A DNA stretch of 64,000 bases from Oculina patagonica (taxonomy: Eukaryota): positions 20,646,001 through 20,710,000 of the forward strand of contig NC_135769.1 in the NCBI RefSeq assembly GCF_052425735.1, given 5' to 3'. Under the pieces are notes generated by a model. That model did no database searches and was not told the origin of the DNA. It saw only the letters and a program-made list of their open reading frames with translations. Both the position numbers and the translations under genes were made by a program. Positions 12,258-25,820 of this stretch are shown here, one piece after another. The number at the start of each line of letters is the position of its first letter. Position 1 is the first letter of the stretch.

Positions 12258-12848
12258 TAAATCTTTAGAATAACGATTACTAAATTTAAATGTGCGTGTG
12301 AATGTGTATCTTTGGTAGGTGCAACCTTGATAGGCGCGTAAAGGCTGGGTTTTATCATCATCATTTTATTAGCCACTTTTGAAATGAGTTATTACAAAAT
12401 AACTAAAGTAGATAGGGCGAGGAGACCTCCAGGAAACCACCAGGCTTATAGGTGGTTTCCTAACGACGGATTCACTAACGACGTCACTAACGACGGATTC
12501 GGAGTCGTAATCAGAAGTGCGTGAGCGTTACGATCTAGTGAAAATCAAATCGACGAAGTCGTAAGCAGAGTTTTCGATTCCGCTTATAACTCGTCGCGTA
12601 TGACTCAGCGAAAACTAGATTGTCGGAGTCGCAAGAAGAAAGGAAATTTTCGGAGGGCCTGAGAACTAGCATTGTGATTGGTTTGCTCTTCCGCTTCTGC
12701 TTGAAAGTGCAATAATCGTTTTCATGTCATGAGCGGAATCAGGGCATAATAATGGAAACGTTCTGGTTTTTACGCTATTTGAAACCAGCCTTACCGCAGT
12801 TACAGTTGATATGTTATTGTTGGAAATTTGACCATCGATCTCTAATCC

Positions 12849-13191
12849 GAGGGTCTCAATGGGGTGGTGGCTTTTACGGTTAACGGTTAAAATTTTGGCT
12901 CCTTTACGGCTAACGGGTAATTTATTTCCATAACGGATAACAGAAGTTACAAATTAATTTCCATTGTTTTTTTTAAGTTAAAAATTAATTTCTATTATTA
13001 AAAAACATATTTTAGGTCGTGGGACCATTCTGGCACGATGAAGTGATCTAGTCTGTTTTATTTATAATTACTGACCGATATTTTACGGTTAATATATTTG
13101 ACGGCTAACGGTTAAAACTTTCCAACTTTTACGCCTAACGGCTAAATTTGTGGCCGTTTTACGGCTAACGGTTAACCCCATTGAGACCCTC
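12849..13191. mobile_element. MITE with perfect 16 bp TIR and 6 bp TSD TAATCC
   Basis: GAGGGTCTCAATGGGG / CCCCATTGAGACCCTC; TAATCC at 12843-12848 and 13192-13197; internal ACGGYTAACGG repeats. Confidence 0.88.
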
Positions 13192-15007
13192 TAATCCTGG
13201 ATGTCCCTTGGATTTCGTGAGGAATTTTATCTCTAATGAAGTCGTGAGCTATCATGGCAAAGAAATTTATGGAAGAATGGTCGAAGAATTTTGGCTCTTC
13301 CAAAGCTTTGCTATGTTTTTTAACGGCATTCTTATTACAGCCCGCAAATTTCCACATATATTTGTCTTGAACGTTTTCTGTTCGTCGAAGATTACCGCAG
13401 TTTTCTTCGAGCTTTCGCTCTCGGAATATCGTTCGCCTCTCGGAACAGATAATGTCTGCGAACAAATATCTGTGTATTTCGTCAAATAGAGGTTATTGTT
13501 TATGAATTACAACGGACGGATATGGATATTCCGTGACTCATCATGATAAACAACTCACAAAGATATCAGAGATCAAACGTTTTATTTGTTTAAAATATAA
13601 ATTGGCCATTTTCGTAACCTCGGATTGAACTGGATTTAGCTTGCAATAGTTCCAGTCCAATACCGGGAATACGGTAATAATCCTTTCTTATAGACAAGTC
13701 TCTTGATTACAAGGCTGGCTTAATCTCATGGATTAAAAGAATTGCGCTGTTTTTTCATAAGTTTGACATGTCAGGAATGATTTACTCAGCTGCATAAAAA
13801 GCACTTTTAACTCGTCTTTTGTTTTAAGACAACGCTTAAAATAAGTTCAAACTCTCCGCATCAACTGTCATTTGTTTCTTGCAATTCGAGTTGTAAGAAA
13901 TTAGTCGTACATCACGGCACGGATTATTTACTCAATTCTAATCACCTGGTTGTTACAGTAAATAGACGCCAAATCGATTTCAGTAAACAGTGGCAACAAT
14001 CACTCATCTGAATTTAAGATTTACGTTCAAAGGAAAACTTCGATCGCTGGCATCGACTACAAAGGCTCTTCCATGTAATCGTCGAGGGCTAAAAGTGAGT
14101 TTGAGTTTAATTTACTTGTCTGACTGTGAGACATTCTCAATTCCACAAACACATTAGCTGTCTGTAGAACCAATTGCTAAAGTGATAATATCAACGAAAG
14201 TTGAAACAATCACTTTAATACCCATGCCAACGACTGAACAGCATAGTCCAAAGTCTTTCGATTTCTTACATCTACCGAATTTATCAGAAATTTAGTGTAA
14301 ACTATTTAACGCATTCTTTTAACAAAATTTCTCACAGAATCTGTATTCTGCTGGCAAATCAAATATGTGAACATCTGCTACATATGCTGTTTAGATGTGC
14401 TGTGTTGTTTTCTGATCTATCGTAAATAAACATCGATCCTTTTACTTTTCTTTTACTTTTTTTCTTTTTTCGCAAAAGAACATCGATTTCTTTTACCTTT
14501 TTCAGTCTATTTGAATACGTAAAATCTGTTTTTTAAAGCCTTCGTACAATATTGATTTAGTATTTGGGATGAAATAACTCTTATTTTCATTTTTTTACTC
14601 ATAATAATTTAACTCAAAGGGAACAAAGATAAAAAAAAACTTTACAGCTAATTTGTCAAGCTTCTATTCCGAAGGTGTGTGGTGGTCAAGTCTAATATTT
14701 CTCTTGCTGTAATTTTCGACCTATTGGTGCTTATGTTTGTTAACGATTCTCACTGCAAATATAACCACTCACAGCCTAAGCGGCAAGATTAAGCCACCGA
14801 CAACTGTTCTTTTACAGTAGACTAAACTGAACCACTATCAATAACACACTGGTTATCATTTGTTGATAAAAATACACCTAGCTAATTTTTTGCCTGTTGT
14901 TGAGTAGCTGAGTTATTTGAGTTAAGCTGTTATGCTTTCTCCGTTACGGGTGTTAAAATTATCTTAAACTGTATTTCTATATCTACAGATACCTTCCAAT
15001 TTGTACC

Positions 15008-16018
15008 TTAATTATATAGCTGTCAGTAAATCCTATATTGTCAGCGCAGGTATTTTTCCTTAATTTCTGAGAACTGTCCAATTTGGGATTAAATTTGGAT
15101 AGTTTCAATTAGGACTTTCAGGTAAAATGCACAAACTGTCCAATTTAAGAAAAATTGGACAGTTTTGTCTCAGCCAATCAAATCGAAGGAAAAGCGACAT
15201 GTGACGGATATCAGCCAATTAGCATTAAGCATAGCGTCAGTCCGGGAAACTTGTCGCGTTGTTAGTCGACAATGGCGGAATTTTTAAGGCAAGTTTGCTA
15301 CGTTTTTCCATTCCTTTTGAGCTTTTCAGCAATAGTAACAACAAAGAGAAATTTTCTACGTTGTCAGAAGAGGAGCTAGCTACACTAAGAAGCAAAAACT
15401 AAGAGCAAAACGCCTCTAATAGTACAAAACTTGGCTGAACGTAAGTGCAGCGAAGCGAAGCAAGAAATCTGTCAGATATTCATCGCCACGAGCTAGATGC
15501 AATTCTTTGTCGTTTATGCTGAAATTCGAAAAGAAAAGACGGCCATGAGATATGAACGAAATAGTGGAAAGGAGTATGTCAGATTCAAGAAGTTGTAAAG
15601 CTCTTCGGACACTTTGTTTACGACTTTCATTGATTGATGCAGTGTTTTCACTCACTTTGTAGCAAGCTTCGCAAACTCAGGTGAATAAACTGTTGCACTG
15701 TTTTGTTTAAGTTTTATTTGTGATACAATGCTTTGAGTGAGTTGCATGTGCTGTGTTATGCCTACTATTGTTGAATGTTTTTCCCGTTCTGGACATATAA
15801 AAAGTTTATTGTTTACGCTGGATTGACTGACTACAAGCTATATAATTAATATGTAACCGGACTACATGCTTGTCCAATTTGGAAATAATTAGATTCAAAA
15901 AATTCCTCTGACAGCCAAATTGGACTCGGCCTACGGCCTCGTCCAATTTTGGCTGCCCTCGGAATTTTTTTCATCAAATTATTTCCAAATTGGACAGCAT
16001 GTAGTCCAATTACGTATA
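15008..16018. mobile_element. Crypton-like (tyrosine recombinase class) remnant inserted just before the GPCR2 ATG
   Basis: Absent in GPCR1 and GPCR3 (TGTACC-N-AAAGAATG). IR-bounded segment 15008-15849 plus a ~165 bp hairpin 15850-16018. Degenerate coding remnant at ~15360-15560 (LSEEELATLRSKN...STK.WLNV...ELDAILC.FYAEIR..DG) resembles the region upstream of the DUF3504/Crypton recombinase domain. Confidence 0.7.
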
Positions 16019-16024
16019 CAAAGA

Positions 16025-16906
16025 ATGGCAATGGCAACTGCCTCTCTTTTGTACGTGCTATGTCTGTCCGTCATGATAGTTTTTAACATAGCAGGGAATT
16101 CCCTCGTGTGCCTTGTAGTATTGAAGAAGAAAGCAATGAAAACATCAATCAACTGGCTTCTTTTCCATCTGGCCATCGCTGATTTACTGGTCGCTGTCTT
16201 CTTCATTCCTCCTTGCATTCTGAGCCACTTCATCGACCAACCAAGCGGAGTCATTGGAGATCTGCTGTGCAAGTTCATTACTGATAGGGCCCTGGGTTGG
16301 GCGGCGGCTTCAGCGTCGAGCTTTCTGCTGGCGGTTATAGCTTTTGAGCGTTATAAAGCCACCTTACATCCATTGCAGACACTTCAACGTAGACGCTCCC
16401 CGTGGTTGCTGCCAATTCTATGGACCGCAGCCATTCTATTGGTATTGCCCAGTCTCGTAGTATTAGCCTACGATGCAAAACGTCAAGAGTGCATACAGAA
16501 CTTTCCAGATAATTTAACGAATCGAGCTCACTCACTCACTTGGTCATTTGCCAATTCAGTGCTGCCGATATGCATTATGGGATACCTGTACACGTGGATC
16601 ATTTTGTGTCTGCGCAACCGTGTTCTCGTACCAGGCTCTTCTCCAAATGCTGCTTCACAGTCCAACAATAAGGTAACTAAGATGCTCATCACAGTCTCTG
16701 TCATCTTCATCACGTGCTGGACCCCTCCCACAGTGCTCTGCGGGCTTAGTCCAGTGAATCCTGTCAGTGACTCTACAGTGTCTTCCGTGTCCACAGCATG
16801 CGCGCTTTTGAATTCCTGCCTGAATCCACTGGTGTACACCCTTCATAGTCAACAGTTCAGGAAGAATCTTGCTTCTCTAGTGCGTAGAACGCACAAAAGC
16901 AAGTAG
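16025..16906 (+). CDS. Class A GPCR 2 (293 aa)
   Basis: Same motifs as GPCR1; start placed at MAMATAS by paralog comparison. Confidence 0.93.
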   Translation: MAMATASLLYVLCLSVMIVFNIAGNSLVCLVVLKKKAMKTSINWLLFHLAIADLLVAVFFIPPCILSHFIDQPSGVIGDLLCKFITDRALGWAAASASSFLLAVIAFERYKATLHPLQTLQRRRSPWLLPILWTAAILLVLPSLVVLAYDAKRQECIQNFPDNLTNRAHSLTWSFANSVLPICIMGYLYTWIILCLRNRVLVPGSSPNAASQSNNKVTKMLITVSVIFITCWTPPTVLCGLSPVNPVSDSTVSSVSTACALLNSCLNPLVYTLHSQQFRKNLASLVRRTHKSK

Positions 16907-18738
16907 CTGCCACATTCGAAACAAAGGGGGAAAACTGGTCCTAGAATTAAATATAAGTTATTTACGTAGTACTAGGTATTTGTTCGAAAACAATGGTCGG
17001 CTTATAATCAAATGTAAATAGTTATGATGAGTTTTTTAGTTTGTTTAATGCATATTTGTTGTCAAACATTTGCTTAGAGAGCAAACTAAAATTGCAGGGA
17101 GTCAAGCTAAAACTCCCATAGCTCCGTCACGTCAACCAGGATGCTGTGAAGGTTATGCATACGTTAATTAAAGTGCTACATGTGAAAATAAAAATTGAGT
17201 ATATATAAATAAACAGGTTAATAAAAGACTGGTTTAAACAAACATGTTCAGAACTTCCAATATTAATGTTTAAACATTAAAATACAATAAAAAAAATGGC
17301 TGTTTAGTGTTACTTTGAGAAGTTTAAAGATAAGAGCCCCTTTTCACAGATTTAAACTTCCATATTTCCATAACAAGGCAGGCGAAGAAACAAGGGAAGC
17401 AATTTCAGGGACATACTGCGAGGTATTGTGATTATCTTGAGCTCGTTAATCTATTTTGGAAGACTTTGACAGTGTTAGTTTATGATGCCTGCTTATAATA
17501 TTGAAAATTACATATTTGTTGAGGAAAGCAAGGACTTGCCAGAAGGCGCAAGTGATAACTTCAGTGGGAGGGGAAAAAACCACCGTTTTAATAATGGCTG
17601 TTGTGAAGTAAACCTCCGATTATGTGACTCGCGTGACACTTAATGGGGATTTTCAGGGAAGAAAGCTACATAATAAACTATTTTCAAACTTATTTTTCAT
17701 ATATGAATATCGTAATACCAATTTCGTTTTCGTATCTATCATGCCCATACATGTCCGTAGCGCAGTTCCAGATTAAACCTGATCTAATGAATAGGTGGGA
17801 CGAAGGGGAAAAACATTAAAAAACGCTACTGAACCTTTGAATTGTATTTTTGACAATACTCACTATAGAAGTTATTTGGGCAAAATATGAATAAAATTCG
17901 AAATTTCACGACTGACACAAGATTTTCGATATTTACAGAAATGAGCTTTTAAATATCCCGACCGAGTTACAGCCAATCAGGAAACTAATGAATCGCTTGT
18001 CAAGTGATAAACTGAATTACCGTATAGTGAAAGCTTTAAGTTGTTGCTTAGTTCATTTTTGGCCGCTTTAAATTTCACAGACTTCACATGTTCACGAAAT
18101 ACGTGGAAGTTTCAGCATAATGGGTAACTCGGTTGAAATATTTGCGAATGAATAAGTGCTAATGAGCCAGACGTCGATATTGCAACAACATATATTACCC
18201 GAATAAAAACAACCGTTTCTTGTCACTGCATAAGTGTCAGTATGTTTATAGTTATAAATTAATCTGGTGCAGATCCAGACAAAAGTGGAGATAAGGGTGA
18301 TGCAACATGCTATTGATTTAATGAAACTTGCAAATCATTATTATAGTCACTGTGGTTAATGCACTTAACTATAATCTCGTTCACATACGTGCCACCCAAA
18401 TAACTACTTTAAAAGTTTACATGTGAAGAATCCCAAGTTAGGGGAGGGGGGTTAGAACACCGAGAAAGCTATTATACAACTGATACACAAGCAATACATG
18501 CACAAACTTGTTCGTTCTTTTTTAATGCGTTCTTTTCAATTTACAATTTTTAAACACTCCATTTCCTACATTTTTTATCTTATCCAGAAAGTTGAAATCA
18601 TATTCAACTGGCTTATTTAGCTGACCAATTGCTTTATGTTTTTTAACTTATCCCTTATATCGTGATGCTTTTGGTTAAAACTGTATTAGTTTTTCTTGTT
18701 CTTATTTTAACTTTCGGTTGTTGATGTCTTATATTTTA

Positions 18739-21700
18739 TCAACACACGATGGACAGGCCACAGCAAGAACAACTTTCGCGCTTCTGCTTATTCATCTCCG
18801 AGTCACTTTGCTTTCCTATCTTTTTGATGAACACTTTCTTGGCCCCTGCTGTCTCATGTTCGTCCTCATTTGCAGGTTTGCCATCTGTCTCGGTGACCAT
18901 AGTCAGAAAGGCAAACATCATCAGGAGGCTAAAAATTACTGCAAGCTAAATAGAAAAAAGGAAATGGATGAGCACTTACAAGGTAGGTAATTCGAGAAAC
19001 AAGGGAAATGCGGAGATCGTCGTTTCTTCAATTTATTCCATGACCAGTTAAGCTAGAACTGGACAGTTGGGGACTCATCTCTGATGTCATTGATTACACA
19101 AAATGTAAACAGTAACCGGGTATCACTGTGTTTGTCTACTTTATAAAAGCTTTTGACTCGCTCAATTGGGATTACTTAAACAAAGTCCTGGATGTTTTCA
19201 ATTTTAAAGACGATTCTTAAAGGTGAATTGAAGTTTTTTTGTAATGACATCTCAAGCTGTGTGATAAGCGACGGCTTCGCTTCTCCCTTCTTTAATCTAA
19301 ACTGCGGAGTAAGGCAAGTTTGCCCATTATCTGGCTTCATGTTCGTTCTGTGAATAGCAGATATGTCCAGGATTGAACGCTAATGAGATTCACGTTCCTC
19401 ATGACAGCCATCACAAAGTGTCCTCATTAATAAAAGTTCACCAAAACACACCAAAATTTGCCAAATATAAAGTAATATGGAAATGTCAAATAAAACAGTC
19501 AAACATGAAGTACTCATTAAACAATACTTGCGTTCAACCCTGGACATAACACGACACTTCTCTTTTTAAATGCTTTTTTAGTAGTGTTCGAACTGACTTT
19601 AGTAAAGTCAGTTCAAGCACTACTCGAAACTTTAAAAGTTCTAAAAAGTTCTCCGGTTTAGAGCTGAATAAATTAAAAATAGAAGCTAGGTATGTGGCTT
19701 GGCTCGTGGGCGGAAAGGAGAGACACACCGTTTGGCTTCAGCTGGCCGAAAGACTCAGTATACTCTCTGGGTATTCACTCTTCGAGGGAGAAACGCATAA
19801 GCGATGCGCTGAAATTCTTCAGTAACAAACCGTTCAATGTTTGTAACACGTTATGCAATAACTGCAAGGCTCAATATGTCGAAATGATTTCTACTATACT
19901 GTGTGTAAAATGACAACTGTTCATGTTGATGCATGAATGAACTTGAGAACAGTGAGAGAAAGTGAAACTAAGGGAAAGTTAAATACTTACTTTGTATTAA
20001 CAATCGGCAACGATAAACAACAAGCATCAATTGATTAATAGTCAAAATTTCAAGTGTTGACTTGACCAGACTTGACTTAAGCTGCGTTCACATTTAACCC
20101 AAAACATGTTTAGAATAAACATGTTTCCACGAAACATGTTTCACCTAAACATGCTTGTTATTGCATTGTTCACATTAGGTGTCAGTTTCAAACACGTCAT
20201 GCCTGGTGTGTAATTTATGCGGTTTCACTTTATTTAACCGTAAAATTGAAATATAGCTCGAAATTACAATAAAGTTTCAACTAAATCTTTGTCTTTCTGT
20301 CTACTTTCAAGCCCTTCGATGAAGCAGGGCTTTCAAGCGCTTAGCAAGAAGACAGTATTGTCAGAATTTGCGCTATCAGTCGGTAACAGAAGATTTTTAT
20401 TTTGTGAAGTTTGTTTTTGCATTGCAATGCTGTTATGCTGCGCGCTTGTAGCCGACGTCGTAAACTTTTGTGGCGATATTTTGAAAAATATTCTGCTTCC
20501 TATCCATTACCGATAATTCATATTGGATCGCTTTATTAGCCCATGAAATAAACATTTGGTCGCATAGAAAGCCCAAATTTGAAGCTTTTGGGCGCTCGCC
20601 TCCTCACCGCATGTCCGCCATTTTTAACTTGTTTAGTCTGATCATGATTGAAACTACATCGTAAGGTAGTTTCAATCATGATCAGACTAATCATGTTTCA
20701 ATCATGATTCGCGCAATGCACTGCCTGATGTGAACACTTTTCACAACGAAACATGTTTCATTCGTGATCAGACTAATCATGTTTCGGCCTAATGTGAACG
20801 CAGCTTAAGTGGCGAAAAAAACTGAAGTCAACGAAAAACGCTAGCATCTAAGCAGCTATAAAGAGTAGTAAGGCGTTCGCAGCTCTCATAACGTGTTTTC
20901 GGAAGATTGGAAGCAGATACAGAAAATTGCTGGTATTGTCAAAGAAAACCATCTAATAGTCACAATGGGTTGCAACACGATCATACCCATGTAGAAGCAC
21001 CCACGAGGAAGTTTAAGAACAACGTCATGATGACGTTGTTCTGTTTTTTAACGGATATTTGTGAAAATTTACAAAGTTTAAAGTGGCAGGAACTTATAGG
21101 AAATGAAATGTTATCACCTAAATTTGTCGAGCTGTTGTAATTTGCTCTCCCGGAAATCGTACTTGGAATTTTCCCGTCCCCAAAACGGCATTTTAATCTC
21201 ACCGAAAACAGAACGCACTATATTTTACATTTAATAACTGAGGGTATAACAGGATTTACGAGTAAATATTCGCCAAAATGATCCATCTGAATGTCCCTGA
21301 TGATTTAACAACAGCTTTATCTTGCTTTGATCTTGGATACGTTTAATGCCGTTTAATTGCAAAACACTCTTCTTTTCTTATTGAAGATTCCCTAAGCTTG
21401 TTAAAACGAAAAAAGGTTTTTTGCCCTCAGCGAAGGAGTTAAAACTCTAATAAAGATGAAGTGTTCAACATGACACGAGCATGGGACAAAAAAATTTCTG
21501 AGTCCCCGACGCGGGAATCGAACTCATGGCCTCCCAGATACTGGTTGGGCGATCTAACCAACTGAGCTACGAGAGACTCGTTGTGAGCTGTGCCATTAAC
21601 TAGGTTGATATGTGACAAGTTAAAACTCTTTAGCTGAGGGCAAAATATCTGTTTTGATCTTAAGAGGTCTTCCTTATTTGTTTGGGTAATGACAAAAAGG

Positions 21701-21762
21701 AGCAACTAGGCTAGGGGAAAGAGTACAAACCCATTAGCGAGGTTCAAAATACCTACCTTCAT
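18739..21762 (-). CDS. Secreted Cys-rich peptide precursor, copy A (70 aa); complement(join(18739..18945,21757..21762))
   Basis: ATGAAG|GTAGGT donor and TTCTATTTAG|CTTGCA acceptor give MKLAVIFSLLMMFAFLTMVTETDG-KPANEDEHETAGAKKVFIKKIGKQSDSEMNKQKR-ESCSCCGLSIVC*. Predicted upstream non-coding exons at 22041-22087, 22215-22260 and 22361-~22382, all GT-AG. Confidence 0.82.
19690..19815 (+). mobile_element. Short LINE (L1/Tx1-like) ORF2 fragment
   Basis: WLGSWAERRDTPFGFSWPKDSVYSLGIH resembles the segment at the end of the RT domain in L1/Tx1-clade ORF2. Confidence 0.5.
20081..20804. mobile_element. MITE flanked by TTAA
   Basis: TIR GCTGCGTTCACATT / AATGTGAACGCAGC, TTAA on both sides, internal AAACATGTTT and AATCATG repeats. 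Confidence 0.85.
21449..21617 (-). mobile_element. tRNA-related SINE-like repeat in the peptide gene intron (copy A)
   Basis: A box TAGCTCAGTTGG and B box GTTCGATTCC on the minus strand; flanked by direct repeat AGTTAAAACTCT. Confidence 0.75.
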
Positions 21763-24700
21763 TTTGTCTTCACCGACTGCAAGTCTGTTCTTAGCAAAAC
21801 ACCTGCAAAAAGAAAACGAAGTGAAACAGTCCAGTTAATCTACGATTCGTTCTCAAAAATTAGAAAAATTGCAATATAATTTTTCTCACTCTCGTAAGTT
21901 CAAAAAAAGTTCACTCAGTAAGATACTAAAAGTACCCCCAAATCCGTTCTGTAGAGAATCCAAGCCAATTTAAGGCACGACTTAAAATATATTTTTCGGT
22001 TTATCTCGCTAAAAAGCTTGTATAATGTGAAAATGCTTACTTGTACCATTTTACATATACAAAATGCACTGCATAAGGAACTCCAGTCTGTAAAAAGAGT
22101 TTTCGAAGTGTCTTTTGCATTAGCTGTCGGGGTGGAGTATTTTGCCATATTTTGCATTTTAACCGAAGAATTGTTAACGAAAAAGTTGCTCTTACGGTAT
22201 CTGAAGAAGCTTACCTTTCAAACAAAACAGCGCCTGTGTCGAAAGAGTGAAACCAGAAACCTAAACAAAAGAAAAGAATAGAATCAAAATGTGAGATTTC
22301 GCACGCAAAAAACACAACACAACTACAAGCTCTCATCTGAGCAAATTTTCCAATACTTACTTGTCGCTGTTCAAAGGGGAATGAACTTCTCGTTGAAAGA
22401 CCGTCACTGTTATACCCTAGTCGTGTTTGTCTTTTAATTTGTTTGTCACGTTTTGTTTTCTCAGCATAATTTACTAGGATATAATTGCGTCTGAGTGTGT
22501 TTCTGCCTGAATAAACAAAAGCGATGATAGGTTTTTGATTTAATGGATAGTATTTTTATATGTATTTTTCTTTATTTAAAACTCGCAATTTTGGTAGAAA
22601 TGTTTTGATTGAAGATTTGTTGACAATAAGCAAATTTCTCGTTATTTTTAAAATGGGAAATCAGAAATGCATTGAGTGAATTGGAGAAAAAGTAAGAAAA
22701 TGAACATTGCCTTTTATTTTATTATAAAATTAGCCGCATTTTCATAGCGTGAGCAGTAAATTTAACTGTCAAAACTTCTGTTTGTCAACTATGAGAGCAC
22801 GGTGCCTGTGTATACAAACCTCAATTAACCCTTTTAACGAAGATTTTGAAAACAGTGCGTGTTTTCTAAGCCTGAACCTACACCGCATAAATTGTTAATT
22901 TATTTTATTAAAGAATTAGCAGTATTTTTATAACTTGAGCAATAAATTTACCTGTTAAAACTTCTCTTTATCAACTTTGGGAACACGGCGCATGTGTATT
23001 TTAACCTCAATTAACCCTTTTAACGATGATTTTGAAAACAAGGCGTGCTTTCTAAACCTTTCTAAACACCGTATATTTTTAGACCAGACATTTTTGTAAA
23101 TTGTTATATTTTACTTCACTTGGAATCAAGTGCAACATTGTTCTTCAGATCTTTTAAACGAGATTAGTCACAATTTCGAGCACCGTTTTGACAAAATATG
23201 CAGCAGAATCCCAGTAGTAGTGCCCCTGTAAGCTGCAGGCAGGTTATGGTATATGCATTTTATGGATATCAAATGATTTAATCTCTTGTTATATTTTTAA
23301 ACAAAAACAAATACACGAGTAGAAATTTAGCGTTCGTGGAACTTTACACATATTGTCATAACTTTAGACATAAACTGGGGGAGGCGGGGTACCTTTCCAA
23401 AATCGGTCCCCTTTTTAAACCCTTAACCCATTTAAGATTAAAATCTGAGACTTTTTTTACACCTATTTCTGACCCGACCAAAACCGATACCTCGTTTCAG
23501 ATCAGACCCTTCACAGGAACTACTTCGGTTTTCCTAAACGCTTGAGAAGGACTTCAAATTCGCCGTGTTTTTCAAAGCTTTCTTGTTTTTCCTGACCACA
23601 CGAAAGGTTGAAAGAGCGTAGAAAGTCAGCATTTTGGGAAAAAATGTTATATAATCAATTTTACGATTATAAGGCATTTTAGTTTGTAGTATCACTCTAC
23701 AGTTTTACTCGTCATTCGTATTTTGAGCGATTTTACACAGTAAATTGTATTTTACTAAGCGATTTTATATACTACTGTCTAGCATGATATATTTATCCCA
23801 GTTATTGCGTGCTTGAAAACAGGGTTGTGTTTATAGACTTAATCTTAATTGTCTCATTTCAGTCTACAACCACAACTCAATCATGACGGTTTTTGCTCGG
23901 CACGGCAGCTGCCAGCTTTGCATTTAATTGTGAAAGATTGAATTTTAAGTATTGACGTTTTCTGTCACAACAATGCAAACAAACCCAAAATGGGCTTTTA
24001 GCTTTTGTTTGATATCGTGTTTATTAAATTTGATAAATTTGAACAGCTGGGAGCTCAGGCTCACGATATGACCACTCGATCTTATCGTTGGCAAAATATT
24101 ATAAGGATTTGTATAATCTTTACAGTTAATAGTGGCATTAAATAAATTGACTTCGTTCCTATCAAATTGCTTATAACTTAATCGATTTCTGATTAAAAAG
24201 TTACCGGTTTTTTTTAGCCCACCTTAATTAACTTATAATTTATGATCGGGCCTGAAACTTTTGCTGCGGAGCCAGAGCCCTGATTTTAAACAATAATAAA
24301 TCGATTCAGGAAAAACTTAAAAGTTTATATAAGCGCGTGTGGCATTTCGAGTAGAAAAACATTTCCTTCACAAATTAGCCATGGATTTTGATCCTAATAA
24401 GCTTAAAAGTACCATGCAAAAGAATAAATTTAAGGTCTAACAGGCGAGAGGTGAAATTCTAACAGGTCGGCGGATATATTTTGGTGCAGGCTTCTCTGAA
24501 CCTTTATAATAATATTATTCCCTCGCCAGTATAGCCTGAATTTCGGTCGTTCTTTCGTAACAGTCAATTTTAGATTTTGTTGATCAATGAAATAATAAAA
24601 TTTAACCGCCTTTTATAATTAGGGTTTTGCTTTGAAAGGCTCTTCGGTTTTCGATCTGAATGAAACATTTCCAGTATCGACAGAAAAACTCGCGTAAAAG

Positions 24701-25820
24701 TGCCAGGCAAACATTGTCAAGTTTCTAATTCTGTTTCTGATAAAATACAACAAATTTTGTTCAATAAAACATTGCGATAGAATTGAACAGCTTAAAACCA
24801 TCTTGGTAAAACAATTCCAAATGTGACGACGTTTCGACGTTCATTTAAAACTGAATAAAAATGGGGTGGCAATATTAATTAAAAAAGAATCCCTAAAGGT
24901 CACGAATGGTAAAATGTTAAAAATATGATAATGCAAAAAAGCATTTTAACACAAACTCATGTAAAGAGTTTAGTGTGAATATAGTCTTTCTGAGAATTAA
25001 AAATTCGAGGTTTAATTCCCTAATGACAGCATCTCATAAATTTAACAAACAAACTTCGATCTGAGACAGAGAAACAAAGAATTGTTTGTCTTCCAAATCA
25101 GCCTTAGATAGGCCATTTTCCTCTTGATGTCCAACGATTGCAGAATATTTGTGTTCCTTAATGCGTTAGTGTAAATGTCTGGTTGTATACCCCAACATAA
25201 TTTGCGTCGCGCATTTATAGACCGCGCATTGATTATTAACAACAAGGGTTTTCTTCTCTTCTGGGGCGCCCGGAGAAAGAACTTGGGCAATCTTCTTAGC
25301 CTGAAAGACAGGTTTAATTTGCACACCGATGTTAGGCTCACATTTTGCTTTTGACTTTTGACGGAATTAGCTGATGGCCCACGAGAGTAGGGCTGCCGTC
25401 ACTTAGCTTCACTTGCATTTTTGGGTGCATCGATATTGTCGATATTTTGCAGAAGCTTGTTAATAGCTGAGCGATTAAATCGATTGGGTAGTCCAAGTTG
25501 TTGCACTCGTCGGGAAATGCAGTAGGAGTGGATGACTGGCGATGTTCGCGATGGATCATTGTGGTGAGTAAACAGTCTTTGTATCTTTTGTCAACATGGC
25601 TGTAGAAGGGTAGATAGAAGTAAGCCAGTATTCGAAGGCTTTCTGTAGACTGATGTTTCGAGCCTGTTGCCACTTTTAGTGATGTTCATGCCAACAAAAG
25701 AAATTGTATTCTGCTCGGCTCTCTTCATGGTGAACTTCACGGACTTCACGTTTTTGTGAAAAAGAGTTCAATTTGTCGTGAAAAGTGTTTGTATCGTTTA
25801 AGTCAGGCTTAATAGTTAGG

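Larger units (their letters stand above)
7228..13150 (+). repeat. Tandem segmental duplication (copy 1 ~7228-9829, copy 2 ~9830-13150)
   Basis: GTATGGTTGAAATTGAAATTA starts both copies; near-identical sequence including the ABCC exon; copy 2 has two extra insertions. Confidence 0.92.

Noticed and set aside
15920-16024. 35 aa N-terminal extension of GPCR2
   Set aside because: Non-ATG start lying within the inserted hairpin element; absent in paralogs.
18718-18990. Opposite-strand ORFs over the peptide exon (also 32003-32333)
   Set aside because: Their ends are not conserved between arms and they lack splice or promoter support, whereas the signal-KR-Cys frame has both.
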